64,000 bases of DNA. Source: the human T2T-CHM13v2.0 reference genome, Homo sapiens. This document shows positions 31,744 to 45,530 of this stretch, in pieces. The stretch lies in the NCBI RefSeq assembly GCF_009914755.1, contig NC_060926.1; one strand, given 5' to 3'. Below the pieces are notes generated by a model that was not told where the DNA came from, did no database searches, and was given only the letters and a program-made list of their open reading frames with translations. The stretch's first letter is position 1; every line of letters begins with the position of its first letter. Position numbers and translations under genes: made by a program.

Positions 31744-32410
31744 GATATATATATACACAAATAAAAATTGATAACAGACTGGGCAATAAGACATACTTGA
31801 ACATATTAAAAACAACCTGATATAAGCATCACTGAAAGTTTCTGTAAAAAAAATCAATAATAGGCTTCTCTCACCAATTTGTCTTGGTTGCTAGAGTTTA
31901 ATTTTTGACTTACTTTCTGTGTATCTATGTGTCTGCATGTGAGTGTACTACCAAAATGGAGAAAGGGATCATTTCTTAGAATATTATTAACATCTATAAT
32001 ATCCCCCACACAGAGAGGTTCCCTTTTCCATATGCTTTATATGACAAAAGGAGTAATTGTCATTAGGAATAAAAAAGTAAACATTTTCACAAATACTATT
32101 TTAATGTGTAAAGACAGAATATTGTTATTTAAATAACTACATTATTAAACTAAAAACAGAAATCTGGATGTATGACTATTTCTAGTCATAAGCTACTGAT
32201 TTATTGATGACTAAGAAATGTCACTAGCCATAGCATATTACATAAAAACATGAGATTCAAAATTGTTTTTTATAATTAACAGTCCTTAAACAACAAGAGT
32301 TTTCTCATTTTTCACTCTTAATAATAAACAGAAAAACTACCAAAAGTTGAGAGAGCAAAGTTTTGAACTCAATGGACATCTTTATTAGGCAGAGCCAGAT
32401 AAAGACTCAC

Positions 32411-32479
32411 CAGGACAGAATATATATGTAGACATCGATAAACTGGAGAGAAATCCACCAAATCTTGGGCCCCAGGTAC
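32411..32479 (-). CDS. EXOC6B: Internal coding exon of EXOC6B, 69 nt, phase 0/0 (probably exon 8)
   Basis: Minus strand: tgtgtttgcag|GTACCT ... GTCCTG|gtgagt. Encodes VPGAQDLVDFSPVYRCLHIYSVL, containing the conserved Sec15-family DLVDFSPVYRCLHIY motif. Confidence 0.96.
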
Positions 32480-35400
32480 CTGCAAACACAAGATTATAAC
32501 AAAAAAATTCAAACAAAGCTATTAAAAGCAACTACATTAATTGTTACTACTCAAGTGTTTGGTTCTTTTTATAAAGGCCAGTTCTAGCTTGTAAGTGAGA
32601 AATACAAAACAAACAAAAAAATAGGTTTCCAAAGACCTAGTTCTTATGTTTTAGCCATAGAATTAATAAACCGTGAAGATATACACCAAGGCTGGCACAA
32701 AGCCCACAAGGATGGGTAGCAAAGAGAAACAGGTGGCACCAATCCTGCATTTGCCTTTAGAGATATATCTTTGACCATGGGACTCTAAAGGGAAAATAAG
32801 AACAATGTGAGAATACACCTTTCATGACGACTTTGATTTCTAAAAGACATGATAGTGTACATAAAAAACTAAGTTTTAGTAGTCAAAAACAAAACTTGCC
32901 ACACAATATGAATCACGGCCTGCCAGCCAACTTCTGAAGAACACAAGAATTCGTCAATACTTAAGTCAACATGCAATCAAAATACAGAAATATGCTATGA
33001 AAAGAGGGGAGATTATGTGAAAAATAAGACAAAGAATGGAAAAGTCAAACCAAGAAGTAATACCAACGTATTTTAATGTGAAGAGTGTATGTTAATTAAA
33101 CCTAGACATCAAAAGAGAAAGTAAAAGAAAAAAACATCAGGTAAGAACTGGAGTCTAGTTTCAATGCCAAAATTGATTTGCTATGTGATCTGACAAGAGT
33201 AATTCATAATTTGGTCTCGACTACCTAAGTTGAAAAAAAAATCAGCTGATTTATAGGGATTTAATAATAAAAGGAAATATTGAAACTAAATGTTGAACAA
33301 AACAAAATAAAAAGAAAATGAAAAAATTACATAAAGAAACATTCAAAATAAAGACCTACCAGTTTTTACTATAACACTGGTAACTATATAATTCATCAGA
33401 ATATAAGCAGTAGGCACATCTAAATTGGGTAGGGCTGATTCATAATTACAAGGTCATTTTCCCTTATTTCATAAAGTAAACCTCATTTCTTCTTTTGGGG
33501 CATAGCTTCTTTACCAAGATACTTTTCTTAATGAAATCTACTAATTCTAAAATTCAACAGCACAACACCTATGTTGTTTTCCTTCTGGAACCATCACACC
33601 TTTATATTTATGGGTTCAAACTTATTGACTATTCTGTTCATCTGCTTCGCACCCATGAGAGCAAAGATTAAATCTCTATATTTAAGTTCCTTGATAGCAC
33701 TGTATACTCTGTAAGCACACAACAAACTTTTAAGTGAATCTAAAAACTGATAGTAAGATGGTCAACATCCTATACCATGGTCCAAGAATAACTTTACTTT
33801 AAAAAAAAAAAAAAGTTTAAGAAGAGGTAATGAGCATTGCAAATTACTGAAAAAAAATATGGAGAGATGTGCAGCATGCAGTTTAAAAACAATAGGATTA
33901 AATAGCATATAAAAATTGTATGAGTGCAAATGGACACTCATTTTCATCTTAATAACACAAAGAGTCCACAGGTGATCATTTTAGGCACCCTTATTTGAAA
34001 TGATCACAACACTAAAACATCTTTACAGTCTCCTCTTTCGGACTGCAAAGTAGAGACCCAAAGGAAATTTATTTTATCTTGACAGAAAACCAGAGTCTAT
34101 TTTATCTTGCCAAAATATGAGGAAAATTTCTTTTATCTTGCCAAAAAACCAGAGCCTACAGCTAAGCAAAACACATTCTCAAAAGAAGAAAAATTTTAAA
34201 ACATCAAACATGATATTCACAATAGTATTTAAACTATATAAAAACTACACATGCATATGAAAAAAATATTTAAAAGTTTGATCTGTATAGGAAATGACAC
34301 GTTTTTCTTTTATTTAGAATTAATGATTTTTAAATTCTTTGTTACATATTTACAAAAAGTTTAAAGAATTTTTCTTACATAATTTTGAGTAGCAAATTCA
34401 ATCATAATTTTGTTTATATGTTCTTCTTCATGTAGCTTATTTTGTTTAACTTCATCTCAGAACCATAGTTTCACTCAAAAGGAAACTGCTTGTAGCCATT
34501 CCTCAGACAAGGCCTTAGCCCTTTTATATGTCAGACCCATCCTTGTAGAATGAACATCTAAATTAAGGGAGAATTTCCCTAGAAATCTGTGATAAATAAG
34601 CTAACACAGCCACATAACAAAGACGTTTTGTTACTAATGGGCTAAGACTGGTTTATCTGGGCATACTATTTAAAAAAATGGATATATTTAGAAAGGAGAC
34701 AAAGGCCACTTTTTGTCATCTCCAACGAATATTTACAACCAAATCTATTCTCTCTGAGGCTGTTGTGACATCATTCTATCAGCTTCAAACTGGCTAAAGT
34801 GCTCTCACTTGTAAGTATTGTCTCTTATTTCTTAGCCACTGGAACCACCATCCAGTTAAGTCTTCCTAAGCATAAGACTGCCTGCTTTGAAAGCAGTACA
34901 CAGAAATCTAGACAAAAAGAGAAGGGAGTAAAATGGGGCTTCCGTTCACAACCTTTACCTCTACTCCCAAAATAGCCTAATATTTAGAAATCATTTTTCC
35001 TCTATGCTCCCCTCTGTGAAGAACACTAGGAATGAACACTGTGAGGAACCAAGAAGAGTGCTGTGAGGATAAAGCTATGTAAAGTATGCACTGACTCATG
35101 TTGCTTAGTGCGAGATGTGTTTTCTCTGCTGCCACTAATGAAAAAGAATCACAACTACAGAAAGGCAAAAGGAGAAGAGCAACATACATTGGATGTGAAG
35201 GAATGCTACAGGTTTGGAAGAATAAGAAGTGAACTTTCAAAAATCTAAATAAAAAGGGGTGGGGAAGAGTATCAGAAGAAAATGTAGTTTTTCCCTACTC
35301 ACAGAAATGGGTTGTTTTAAGGTCCACATCTTGATCTCCATTTAAAATACTAACTCTCTGTCAAAGCTATATTCATACTTCTTCCTTTTCTTTGACCCTG

Positions 35401-37947
35401 TCTCCCCTCAAGTTGCAAAGAATGATTCAAGCAGGTTTAGGTTTCAGCTGGGGCAGAGGGAGGGGTCCAAGGACACTTTCCTAAGCTAACAATAACTTTC
35501 TAATGGTTTCTGTCTCCTAACAAAAGCCATGACTCCTTCTTTATCAGCTTCATCTAATTTTTCCTTTCCAAGGAAAATAACACAGCCCTTGCATTTTACA
35601 CATGTCCAAATTTGACAAATCATTATCGACTGCAACTATAACTGATAAGAGATAACTTTGTGGTAGGACGTTGTCATTTCCTCTCATAAGGGCTTTCTTT
35701 CTGAGATACAGAAACATGATTAGAATAGTTAAACATTTCCTCTGCCTGGCAGTCAGGAACTCAAGACTTTAAGATACTGGAGTCTGTATTTTTCTAGAAG
35801 TTCAAATACATCTATGAAGATACAAATAGTAGCCACAAATAGTATATTCAAGATTATCCTGCTTTTTTAACTAGTTGTTTTCCTTAAGAATTCACGTGAA
35901 ATAGTTTCATCACCAAGGACAGCAGCTGCCTAATTCCCTAATAGTTTCTGAATGGAGAGCATTAGTGCCTTTTGCCAGTTCAAACCTTTTTCCAGAGGAT
36001 CAAATAGTAGGTAAGATTTTACATTCTATAACTAAGATATCTGTGCCTCAGAGCATATTATAATATTACATAAACTAAGAGAACTAGGATACATTTTTTA
36101 ATAACGGATAAATAACGAGCTAGTAAAAGAATTTGAGGATGCCTGAACTTCAGTATCCAGAGGTAGATATAATGGAAGCAACTATTACATTCTTCTATAA
36201 ATACACATTCACAATTAGAGATCATTGATAGATTAGGCACATGAATTGGTATCTAATGGATCCTACTGGCATCCACGTTTGGTATCCACTAGATACCAAT
36301 ACATATGGCTAATCTGTTCGTTTCAATACATGATTCTTACATTTTTATAATACCAATTAACAGCTTCAATCAAAGCAATAGTTCCTAGTTTTTGTTTGTG
36401 GAATATATTTGTTGTTAAATAGCATTTATATTCTATAAATATGGCACCTAACACATGGGACCAATGTATAGATGACAAAAAAGAGTCTGAAAATAGAGGA
36501 TGTTACAAAATAAATATAAACTTTAAAATGGGATTAATCAAAGGCCCCCTGAAAAAATATTATGAGCCCCACAGATAATATTTACTACAGAAGATATACA
36601 GATTTAGCATAGATATGGGAATATTAGATGATGAGGTGAAAAGAAACATCAACATTTCTGATTACAAAAATTTTTACAAAACGCCAGGATGTGACTTTTA
36701 GGATATCTTTTTCTTCTTCTCTAGTACATCTTAGTTCAGGTAAAAGAAAGTCTCTAAGAACGGAAAAGTAAATGGTTAAGTTCCTCTCATGGCACATGAG
36801 GAAAACGCCTTTACATATTAAAAAAAGGATATTTTGATTTTTAAAATGCATGATGCCATTCAAGTTTTAACAGATATATTCATTTAATATTTTTCTAACC
36901 CTTCCCCCAAAAGGATTCAGAGTTCATAAATATTTTCTACTATTTTAAAAGACTCACTAGTGAAGGAAGGCAGGAAAGAAAAATTATCTGCAGGTAAAAA
37001 TATGATAACTCTACCAGCTTTACTGCTGGGTAAGCATACCCTTAGAAAAGGGGAATACACTATAAGAAAAGATTGCTTGCCTCCCTCTGCTCAAGAAGAG
37101 GAGCGATATACTATGACAGATTTACCTCTACTGCTGATAAAGACAGCACATTAAAATAGAAATGCATTAGTACACTCCAGCCCTATTGTTCCCACAGCTG
37201 CACCAGAAGATACACAAATACACAGACACACACACTCTCTCCCTCATACACCTACACGGCATTTATTTTTCTCTTAAGAAGGCTTTCAAAGTAGATGGAT
37301 CATCCAAAAAGAGTTTGACAGAGATTTGCAAGGAATTTAGATATCTTTCTCACTAATTATTTGAGTACAAAATAGTTTCTCCGTATCGGTAAATGAATGC
37401 AGGGACTTGGTGCCCATTTCTGAGCATTACTTAGATCTCAAGTCATTAAAATGTACCAGGCATTTTTCTGCAAAGAGAAGACAACAAATGATTAGCTGAA
37501 GGAGCACTGACTTTGCATTCAGAGGATCAATTTTGACAGCCCATATTATGTCTATAAGCCAGGAAATGTCTGGCAAACATTTTTCACCAGTGTGCATTTC
37601 AGAACTATGTTGCTTCCCAAAATTCAGAGAAAAGAAGGGTAGAATTCATTTGGATATGAGCTTTTATGCAGCTAGACTAAACACCACAGAAACACCAACA
37701 AACTGGAAGGCCTATAATTTTAAGTGACTAGAATTAGCAAAAGCATAAAGAATTTTCTAAACCTTTGAGCATATAAGAATACTGTGGCCAGAACCCTATC
37801 CTAAAAAAGCACAAAATTATGCCAAGGAGCTTCTCACAAATTATTAGGATTCTTTCTGAAAAATCCCTAAGCAGATTACCACTTATTAATTACTCAAGTG
37901 TTTGCACTAAGCAGAACAAAATCAGGAAAAACCACCATTTCTCCTTA

Positions 37948-38338
<391 letters not shown>

Positions 38339-38959
38339 GAACACTGGTGAAACAAAAATTCAAGTGGTCTTTATTTAACAAGGGTCCACTATATGCTATG
38401 AAACTCTAAACCTTTAGGCAAAAGAGGCAATTTTGCACTACTTGGTATTAAACGTAAAAGGTCTGGGAGGATAAAAAATTAAGATGAGGAAAAGTAGGTT
38501 AAAATCGCTACATTATTATAGGTAAAGAACAAATATCCCTAATATATAGAGAACCAATAATGAAGAAAAAAACCAAAATCATTCAAAAAATAGGCAAAAG
38601 ACATAAGCAGTTTATGAAAAAGATATACAACTAGCCCTGAACCTTATTAAGATACTCAACTTTACCCACAGTGATAGGAATGAAAATTAAAACTACAAAG
38701 AGATATGTTTCTTATCTATGAGAATGGCAGAAATTCAAAAGCTTAAAATAAATACTCTCTTAAAGAAGCTGTAAGAAAATAGGCAACTCATGCATTGCTG
38801 GGGTGGGTGGTGGGGTATAGAAAATAGTACAACCCCTATGGAGGAGAATTTGACATTATCTAACAAAATTATACGTGCATTTACCCCTTGACTCAACCAT
38901 CCTGCTTCTGGGAAACTACCCTGAGGATATAGCTCCAACCACACGGAAAAAATAGTTCT

Positions 38960-39690
38960 CAGGTTTTGTTTTGTTTTTTTTTTTAAGTTTTAAAGTGTTT
39001 TGCGTATGGTAAAATTCACTCTTTCTAGTAAACAATTCTGTAAGTTCTGACAAATGCATATAGACCTGTAATCATCATCATAATCAAGATAAGAAGAAAC
39101 AGTTCCAGCACTTCCCAAAATTCCCTATGCCCCTTTGTAGTAAAATTGTTTCCTGATGCCTAGCCCTTGGCAAACACTGATCATTTTCTATCTCTAGAGT
39201 TTTGACTTTTTAGGATTGTCATATTGATAGACTCATATAGCATGTAGCCTTTTGAACCTGGCTTCTTCCATTGAACATAATGCATTTGAGATTCATCTGT
39301 ATTGTTTCATGCATCTGCCGTTTATTCCTTTTTATTTCAGAGTGGTACTTCAATTATGGATATACCACAGTTCATTTATCCCTTCATGCATTGAAGGACA
39401 TTTGGGGTGTTTCTAGTTTTGGTACTATATGCACAAAGCTGCTATAAATATTAAGCTTCAAGCTTCTGAGTGAATATGCTGGTTCAATACCCAGGAGTGG
39501 GATTGCTAGGTCATATATATGACCACTCCTGGCTGTATGTTCAACATTATAATAAACTGCTAAACTGTTTTCCAAAGCGACTCTATCATTTCACATTTTC
39601 ACAGAAATATATGAGTTCCATTTGCTCTATATTCTTGACAGTACATGGTAATGTCAGTTTTTTTTATTTTAGGTATTCTAATAGCTGTAC
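38960..39690 (-). mobile_element. Old L1M (ME/MB-like) 3' end
   Basis: Poly-T, then ggtaaaattcactc...ggcttcttccattgaacataatgcatttgagattcatc; ORF 39384-39575 (YDLAIPLLGI) is ORF2-like. Confidence 0.8.
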
Positions 39691-41489
39691 AGTTAAAACA
39701 CTACTTTTTAATAAGAAAACATTGGAAATCATTTAGTGTCCATGTATAGATTAGCTGAATAAACCATGGTACATCCAAACAATGGAGTACTATTTAGCAG
39801 TAAAAATAGAATGAGAAAGATTTCTATGAACTGATATGGAATAATTTTCAAAATATAATTCAAATAAACAAAGTACAAAAATATATATGTATTATGCTAT
39901 TAATAATTACGTTGCTTGAGGTAAAATGAAGGGGATACACACAAAAACTAACAACACTCATTACTTACAAAAGGTGGGTAGGAGCAGTGTGGAAAGGATA
40001 AGGATGAGAATGGGATTTCACTGAATATATCTTCTTATATAGTTTTGCCTTTGAATCATGTTCATATTTTAAATAGTCAAAAAGTTAAATAAGGATAGTT
40101 GAACCCTAAAAAATAATACAAAAAGAAACAAACGAACCTAATTATATATCAATTTGGTAACAATCAAACAGAAGAAAAAAAAATTAGCCAAAAGCGTTTG
40201 AACATAGTACTCTGAACTATACAGATTTAGTGGGATACACTGTAGGATCAAAAGAACTGTGAAGAAATCTTGAACTTAATAACTTTATTGCTTTTAGTGA
40301 CATTTGCATAATTCTGCAACTATTTTCTGGGTATTATATAATTATCCAAAAGATTAAATATGCTGATACTCTGGAAACCAGAATATTTGCAAATACAAAT
40401 ACAGAATGACAGAAAAGACTTACTACATTAGATTGGAATTAGAAGTACTAGCTTTAACTCGTGATTTATTTTTTTTAAGTCTACACATTAATGTAGCAGG
40501 TGTATTTCTTAGCTCTGTCCACAAAAGGGGTATACCTAATGCCCATGTTAGTTTCTAAATATCATTCTCCAGTAAAAGAAATTAGAACTCTCTGAAGAAA
40601 CGGCTGATGCCAGGGCTAGGGCAGAACCTGGAGTTTCTTGTGGAAAAGAAGAGAAATTAAAGAAAAGAGCAGAGCTCAAAAACTGGATGGATAATTTGGA
40701 ACAAGTGGAAAATGAAAATGAAAGACAAGATGGAATATAACTCATTGTATATAAAATGATTATCCATGTGCCCATACTAACACTACAAAAAATAAGGGGA
40801 GAAAAGGAAAGTTTTTTATAGAAGAATGCTGACTCATAAATGTGAAAGAAATGATAAAAATAGAAAATCACAGCATCTTATAACAACTATAGTAACATAT
40901 GATTCCAGAAAGTGGCATCAATGAGTTCTAAAACCAGTGGGTAACAAGCTGTTAGGGAACAGGATAGTCACATGGTCTAATGTATTACTAATTACAAAGT
41001 GGGACGGGTACCTTTATGGTGAAGAAATCTAGTGAACACCATCTTAACCAATGTATGCCTCCAGATGTGATGCAATGAAATGAACTTAATATTACCTTTG
41101 TAATATTCCTGCCAAAAATGATTAACCTGACTCTAGTCATGAGGATACAACGAGATGTACCTGAACAGATGGATATTAAGGGAGACTAAACAGACATAAA
41201 AATCAATGTGTAAAATTTGTCTTGATGTGGCTGCAAGGAAAAAAACGAAGGAAAAAAATCTGCTAGAAAGAACATTATTGGAACAACTAGAGATAGTTGT
41301 ATAAAGGTTGTATATTAAGTGGCAGTGTCACCATCAATGTGAAATTTCCTGATGTAATCACTGTATTATACTTATGTAGAAGAATGTCATTGTCAGGAAA
41401 CACAGATTACAGTATTTGGAGTTCCAAATATTATGAATGATGCATGCCACTTTCTTCCAAATGGCTCAGTTTTGGGAGAGAAAAGAAAC

Positions 41490-41523
41490 ATACACATACA
41501 CACACACGCACGCACGCACACAC
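41490..41523. repeat. (CA)n/(CACG)n microsatellite
   Basis: atacacatacacacacacgcacgcacgcacacac. Confidence 0.85.
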
Positions 41524-42329
41524 CTATTCTTTCAAAATCAAATTTTTCAGAGAGAGGAAGCATCAAGTTTTAATAAGTGGACTATTTAAGTGAAGCGTAT
41601 ATGGATACCATATGTGTAACTTTTCTGAAGATGTAAACTTCTTCAAAAGTAAAAGAAAATTTTTAAAAGACGCTATTACAGAAGAGGTAAAATTGAGGGG
41701 TCCTTCAGATAAAAGTAGAATAAGGCATTCTTGGCAAGAAGAAGGGGGTAAAGGATTATATTCCACAGTTGCAGTTACTAGCAACTTAGTGCAAGGTGAA
41801 GTTTTTTGAATAATCAATGAGAATATAAAAGAGAAATTCTACAAGACCTGAAAAGAGAGGTAGAAGTTTATAATTGAGGCAAATGATTTCAAAATAACAG
41901 GGCACTTACACTATCACCACAAAAAAAAAAAAAAGAAAAAAACCTTGAGTTGATGTGAGTCCTAATATATCTTTACCAATGGATAGACCTAAAAGATCAA
42001 AGACTGGGAATAAGAAAACCAAAACAGAACGTCTAAAGCATGCCATAATGTTTCCATTCAACCTTCTAAATTGTCCTTTTGGTATTTCATTATATATATG
42101 GGCACCTACTTTTGACTGCATATGTCCTTAATAGGCCAGCTTTCATTAAGAAGTTAAAATTCAAAGCCTACAGGTGTCAATGGGTATTGGGATTAAGTGA
42201 TGGATGCTGGCAATTTTAAATCATATTCTCTTAATAGACATACTTTGTATATGAAATATCAAGGACTATTATTTATTTTTACAAAGCACAACATTATTTT
42301 TTTTTCACATCAGTGTGGCCCCGTCAGTC

Positions 42330-42610
42330 TGTTTTTTATTTTGCCATTTTTTTGGATAGACACCCAATATAAGCAGTATTATATTTTTGTCATCACATTT
42401 AAACCATATCCCTGACGGCAACACTGCTACTCAAGGCCAGTCTATTACTACCATGCTTAGAAAAAACTAAATTAGAAATCTAGATTTTTATGTGAATCTA
42501 ATTGACCTGCAGAAGTTGGCAACTAATTTAAAAATTTTTAAGCATTGTGTAGGCCAACAACCAGTATGCAAGCTGTTTCTGGCCCATCGGTTGCCAATCT
42601 GCAACCTCTG
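42330..42610 (-). mobile_element. MER102-like hAT element
   Basis: Minus strand begins CAGAGGTTGCAGATTGGCAACCGATGGGCCAGA; the left boundary is uncertain. Confidence 0.55.
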
Positions 42611-42938
42611 GTTTAAACTCTAAACTTCTAAAGGCAGCCTTTATTTAAGTTTAAGTTTAAACTCTAAACTTCTAAAGTAGCCTTTAACTTATCAAGGAAT
42701 CATCTTCATTTTCTGTTACCTTACTGTCAATAGAAAGTTTTACAATCAATATTTTGAAATTTGGGTCAAATATCACAACCACTATTTTTTTACAAGCAAT
42801 TTGACATAATTATTGTCACTATTTCATAGGTAAGAAAAGGGATGCTGAGAGAAATTACATAATTTGTCCCAATACCACAAAGAAAAAAGCTTGTACATTC
42901 TAAAATAAATCTTTTTTGTATACTTTCCAAACACCCTG

Positions 42939-43343
42939 TGTTATGACTAAATTGTGTTATGACTATAATTGTGCTCCCCCGCAAATTCCTATGTTGAAGT
43001 CCTTAGTCCCAATGTGACTGTATTTGGAGACTGGGCCTTTAAAGAGGTAATTAAAATTAAATGAAATCATAAGAATGGGGTTCTAATTCAATAGGACTGG
43101 TATCCTTATAAAAAGAGGAAGACACACATTATAAAAAGAGGATGTAAGCAAAGAAAAAAACTGTATGAGGATACGGCTAGAAGGCAACTATCTGCAAGCC
43201 AAGGAGAGAGGCCTTAGGAGAAACTAACCCTGGTGGAACCTTGATCTTGGACAGCCAGCCTCCAGAAATGTGAGAAAACAGATTTTTGTTTAAATCACCC
43301 ATTCTCCAGCATTTTGTTATGGTAGCCCTAGCAAATTAATACA
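42939..43343 (+). mobile_element. MLT1B-like MaLR solo LTR
   Basis: tgttatgact..aaattcctatgttgaagtcc..ccttgatcttggac..ccagcctccagaa..gccctagcaaattaataca. Confidence 0.88.
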
Positions 43344-44228
43344 TCTCATTACTTCAAAATTACTACAGCACAACAATAATCAAGACATCCCAGAAGGCTT
43401 TCTATTACATGGCATTTGTATTTAAATTAACAATTCCCTCCTGTTGATTCTATACTTCAAAAGAGACACCAAAATCTAGAGAGATAAATCTGACATGAAT
43501 CATTTGGTCAACAAATATTTATGTGACCCATACTCTATGACAAGTGGTGTGGATGACATGGTTACCACTGTTCCTTAACAGTTGGTAAATAAATTAAGAG
43601 AGGTACACACTAGAATATGTGACATGTCATAAATGTGGTATCAATGAAGTATTCTAAGAATGCAGAAGCTCTGAAGTAACCTAGAAACAAAGTAGAAAAA
43701 ATACGCCCTGCTTTTTCAAACTATTTCTTAATACTGCTTTATTTCAGCAGATTTTTTTTGTTTATAGTAGATGATGTTCATCAGTCCATGCAAATATACA
43801 TTGTCAAAAATTAGATCAACTTATAGTTCACCTTTATTCAAAAAAGCACATGGTCATAATGCCACAACAGTAACTATTATATACTGATAGTCCTGTATGT
43901 ACAAGGACTGTGACAAAGGCATTATATACATTATTTCATTCAATCCTCACAACAAGCCTATTCTCAGTAGATATTATCACCCTCCTTCTCAAAACTAATA
44001 TGTTATCTTGAGGGCTTCCTTGCATTTTATCTTCAAATATCTCAAAATTGATATTCCTGATGAGTCTAGATCCATAAATACATTCTCAATCTAAAATGTT
44101 AACTACTTCTGATTTTTTTTAAGTTCTATCTAGATATTTAGAGAAGAACATTAACACCTGCATATGCCCACAGGGTGATTTCAATCCCAATTTCCTAAAT
44201 CATATTTCCATTAAAAATCAATTGAATT

Positions 44229-44345
44229 GGCTGGGTATGGTGGCTCATGCCTGTAATCCCAGCATTTTGGGAAGCCAAGGCAGGAGGATCACTTGAAAGC
44301 TCAGGAGTTTGAGACCAGCCTGGGCAACATAGTGAAGCCTCATCA
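44229..44345 (+). mobile_element. FLAM/AluJ left monomer
   Basis: Single monomer; TSD AATCAATTGAATT at 44216-44228 and 44363-44375. Confidence 0.88.
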
Positions 44346-45189
44346 CTCCCTCTTTTTTTTTTAATCAATTGAATTAAGCTGTTGATCAGAAATGGTTAAA
44401 TATCAGCAGCTTCATATAGTCCAACCTTAATATATGATTAGTTTTTTTAAAACAAAAAAAACCTCATCTTGTGACTCTTTTATTAGCTTAGCCAATAATA
44501 AAATAAAAATAGAGAACTTTACTAGAAATACGTTTCTTTATAACACCCTTCAGCAATCATTAAGAGACTGACTCTTAAACTTCAATAAGCTGAGGGTGGG
44601 GAAGAGAAAAAAAGAAAGACTGATTCCTTCAGATGGTTCAACATGTAAGTTGTTTTTTCATTCAAAATGACAATTTACTTTTGAGACTTCATCCTCAGTT
44701 CCCCAGGCTGTTAAGCTTTTCCCATTTCTAGTACAAACTTTATTTCAGGTTAACAATGTATTAACTGTCTATTTACCATGTGTAGATCCATGTTCTAGGT
44801 GTTTAGCTTTTCCTACCCACCTTATTCCATGATCTCCTCTTATGCATCATTAAGCTAAAGACACAGTAATAGCCTTAAAATGTTATTCAATGAAAAAAAT
44901 GTATTAAGTATATTTGCATTGAAAGCACAGGAAAGGGTAAAAAGTTCTTCACAGAGTAAAGAAAGTACCTAAACTTGTTAAACTAGAATTATAAAATTTT
45001 ATTTAAAATGCTGGTAATACATAAGCAACAGATTTTAGAAAGCAAACTTAACTTTCTCTTCAAGTACTGTATTTATTGCCAGAAAAAAGTTTAAATCATA
45101 TTTAAAAAAAACAATAGAAGACCCAAACATTCATTTGTTTGTTTTATGTATATACTAAAAAAGCTTTGTCATGTTTCCATATCGTCTTG

Positions 45190-45350
45190 TAACTCCAAGT
45201 GTGCTCCAGGGACCAGGAGCTCCATCCTCACCAGGGACCTTGTTAAAAAATGCAGACTCAGACTCATTCTCAACCTGTATAATCACAATCTGCATTATAA
45301 TATGCTTCCCAGGTGATTCCCATGCACATTAAATGTCAAGAAACATTGTT
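45190..45350 (+). mobile_element. MER5A/B-like hAT MITE
   Basis: caagtgtgctccagggacc...tgttaaaaaatgcagactc...aatctgcatt...cccaggtgattcccatgcacattaaa. Confidence 0.7.
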
Positions 45351-45354
45351 GGAC

Positions 45355-45530
45355 AAAACAGTTCTTAAGTTGGGTCCTAGGGGTAAAATGAATTCCACAA
45401 ACCCCCTGAAATTTCATGCAAAACATTTTGTGACAGAATATATGTACGTTTTACTGGGAAATGACTCCATATATTTTTATCAATCTTTCAAAGTAATACA
45501 TAACCCCAAACAGATTAAGAATGACTGCCA
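45355..45530 (+). mobile_element. MER103C-like hAT MITE
   Basis: gttcttaag...ccccctgaaatttcatgcaaaa...ccccaaacagattaagaatgactg. Confidence 0.55.

Larger units (their letters stand above)
38490..41670 (+). mobile_element. Old L1MC-like 3' region interrupted by an opposite-strand L1
   Basis: ORF2-end motifs (aaaattaaaactaca; gaataaaccatggtacatccaaacaatggagtactattta) and L1MC4-like 3'UTR (ttactaattacaaagtggga..cctttatggtgaagaaatct). Confidence 0.6.
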
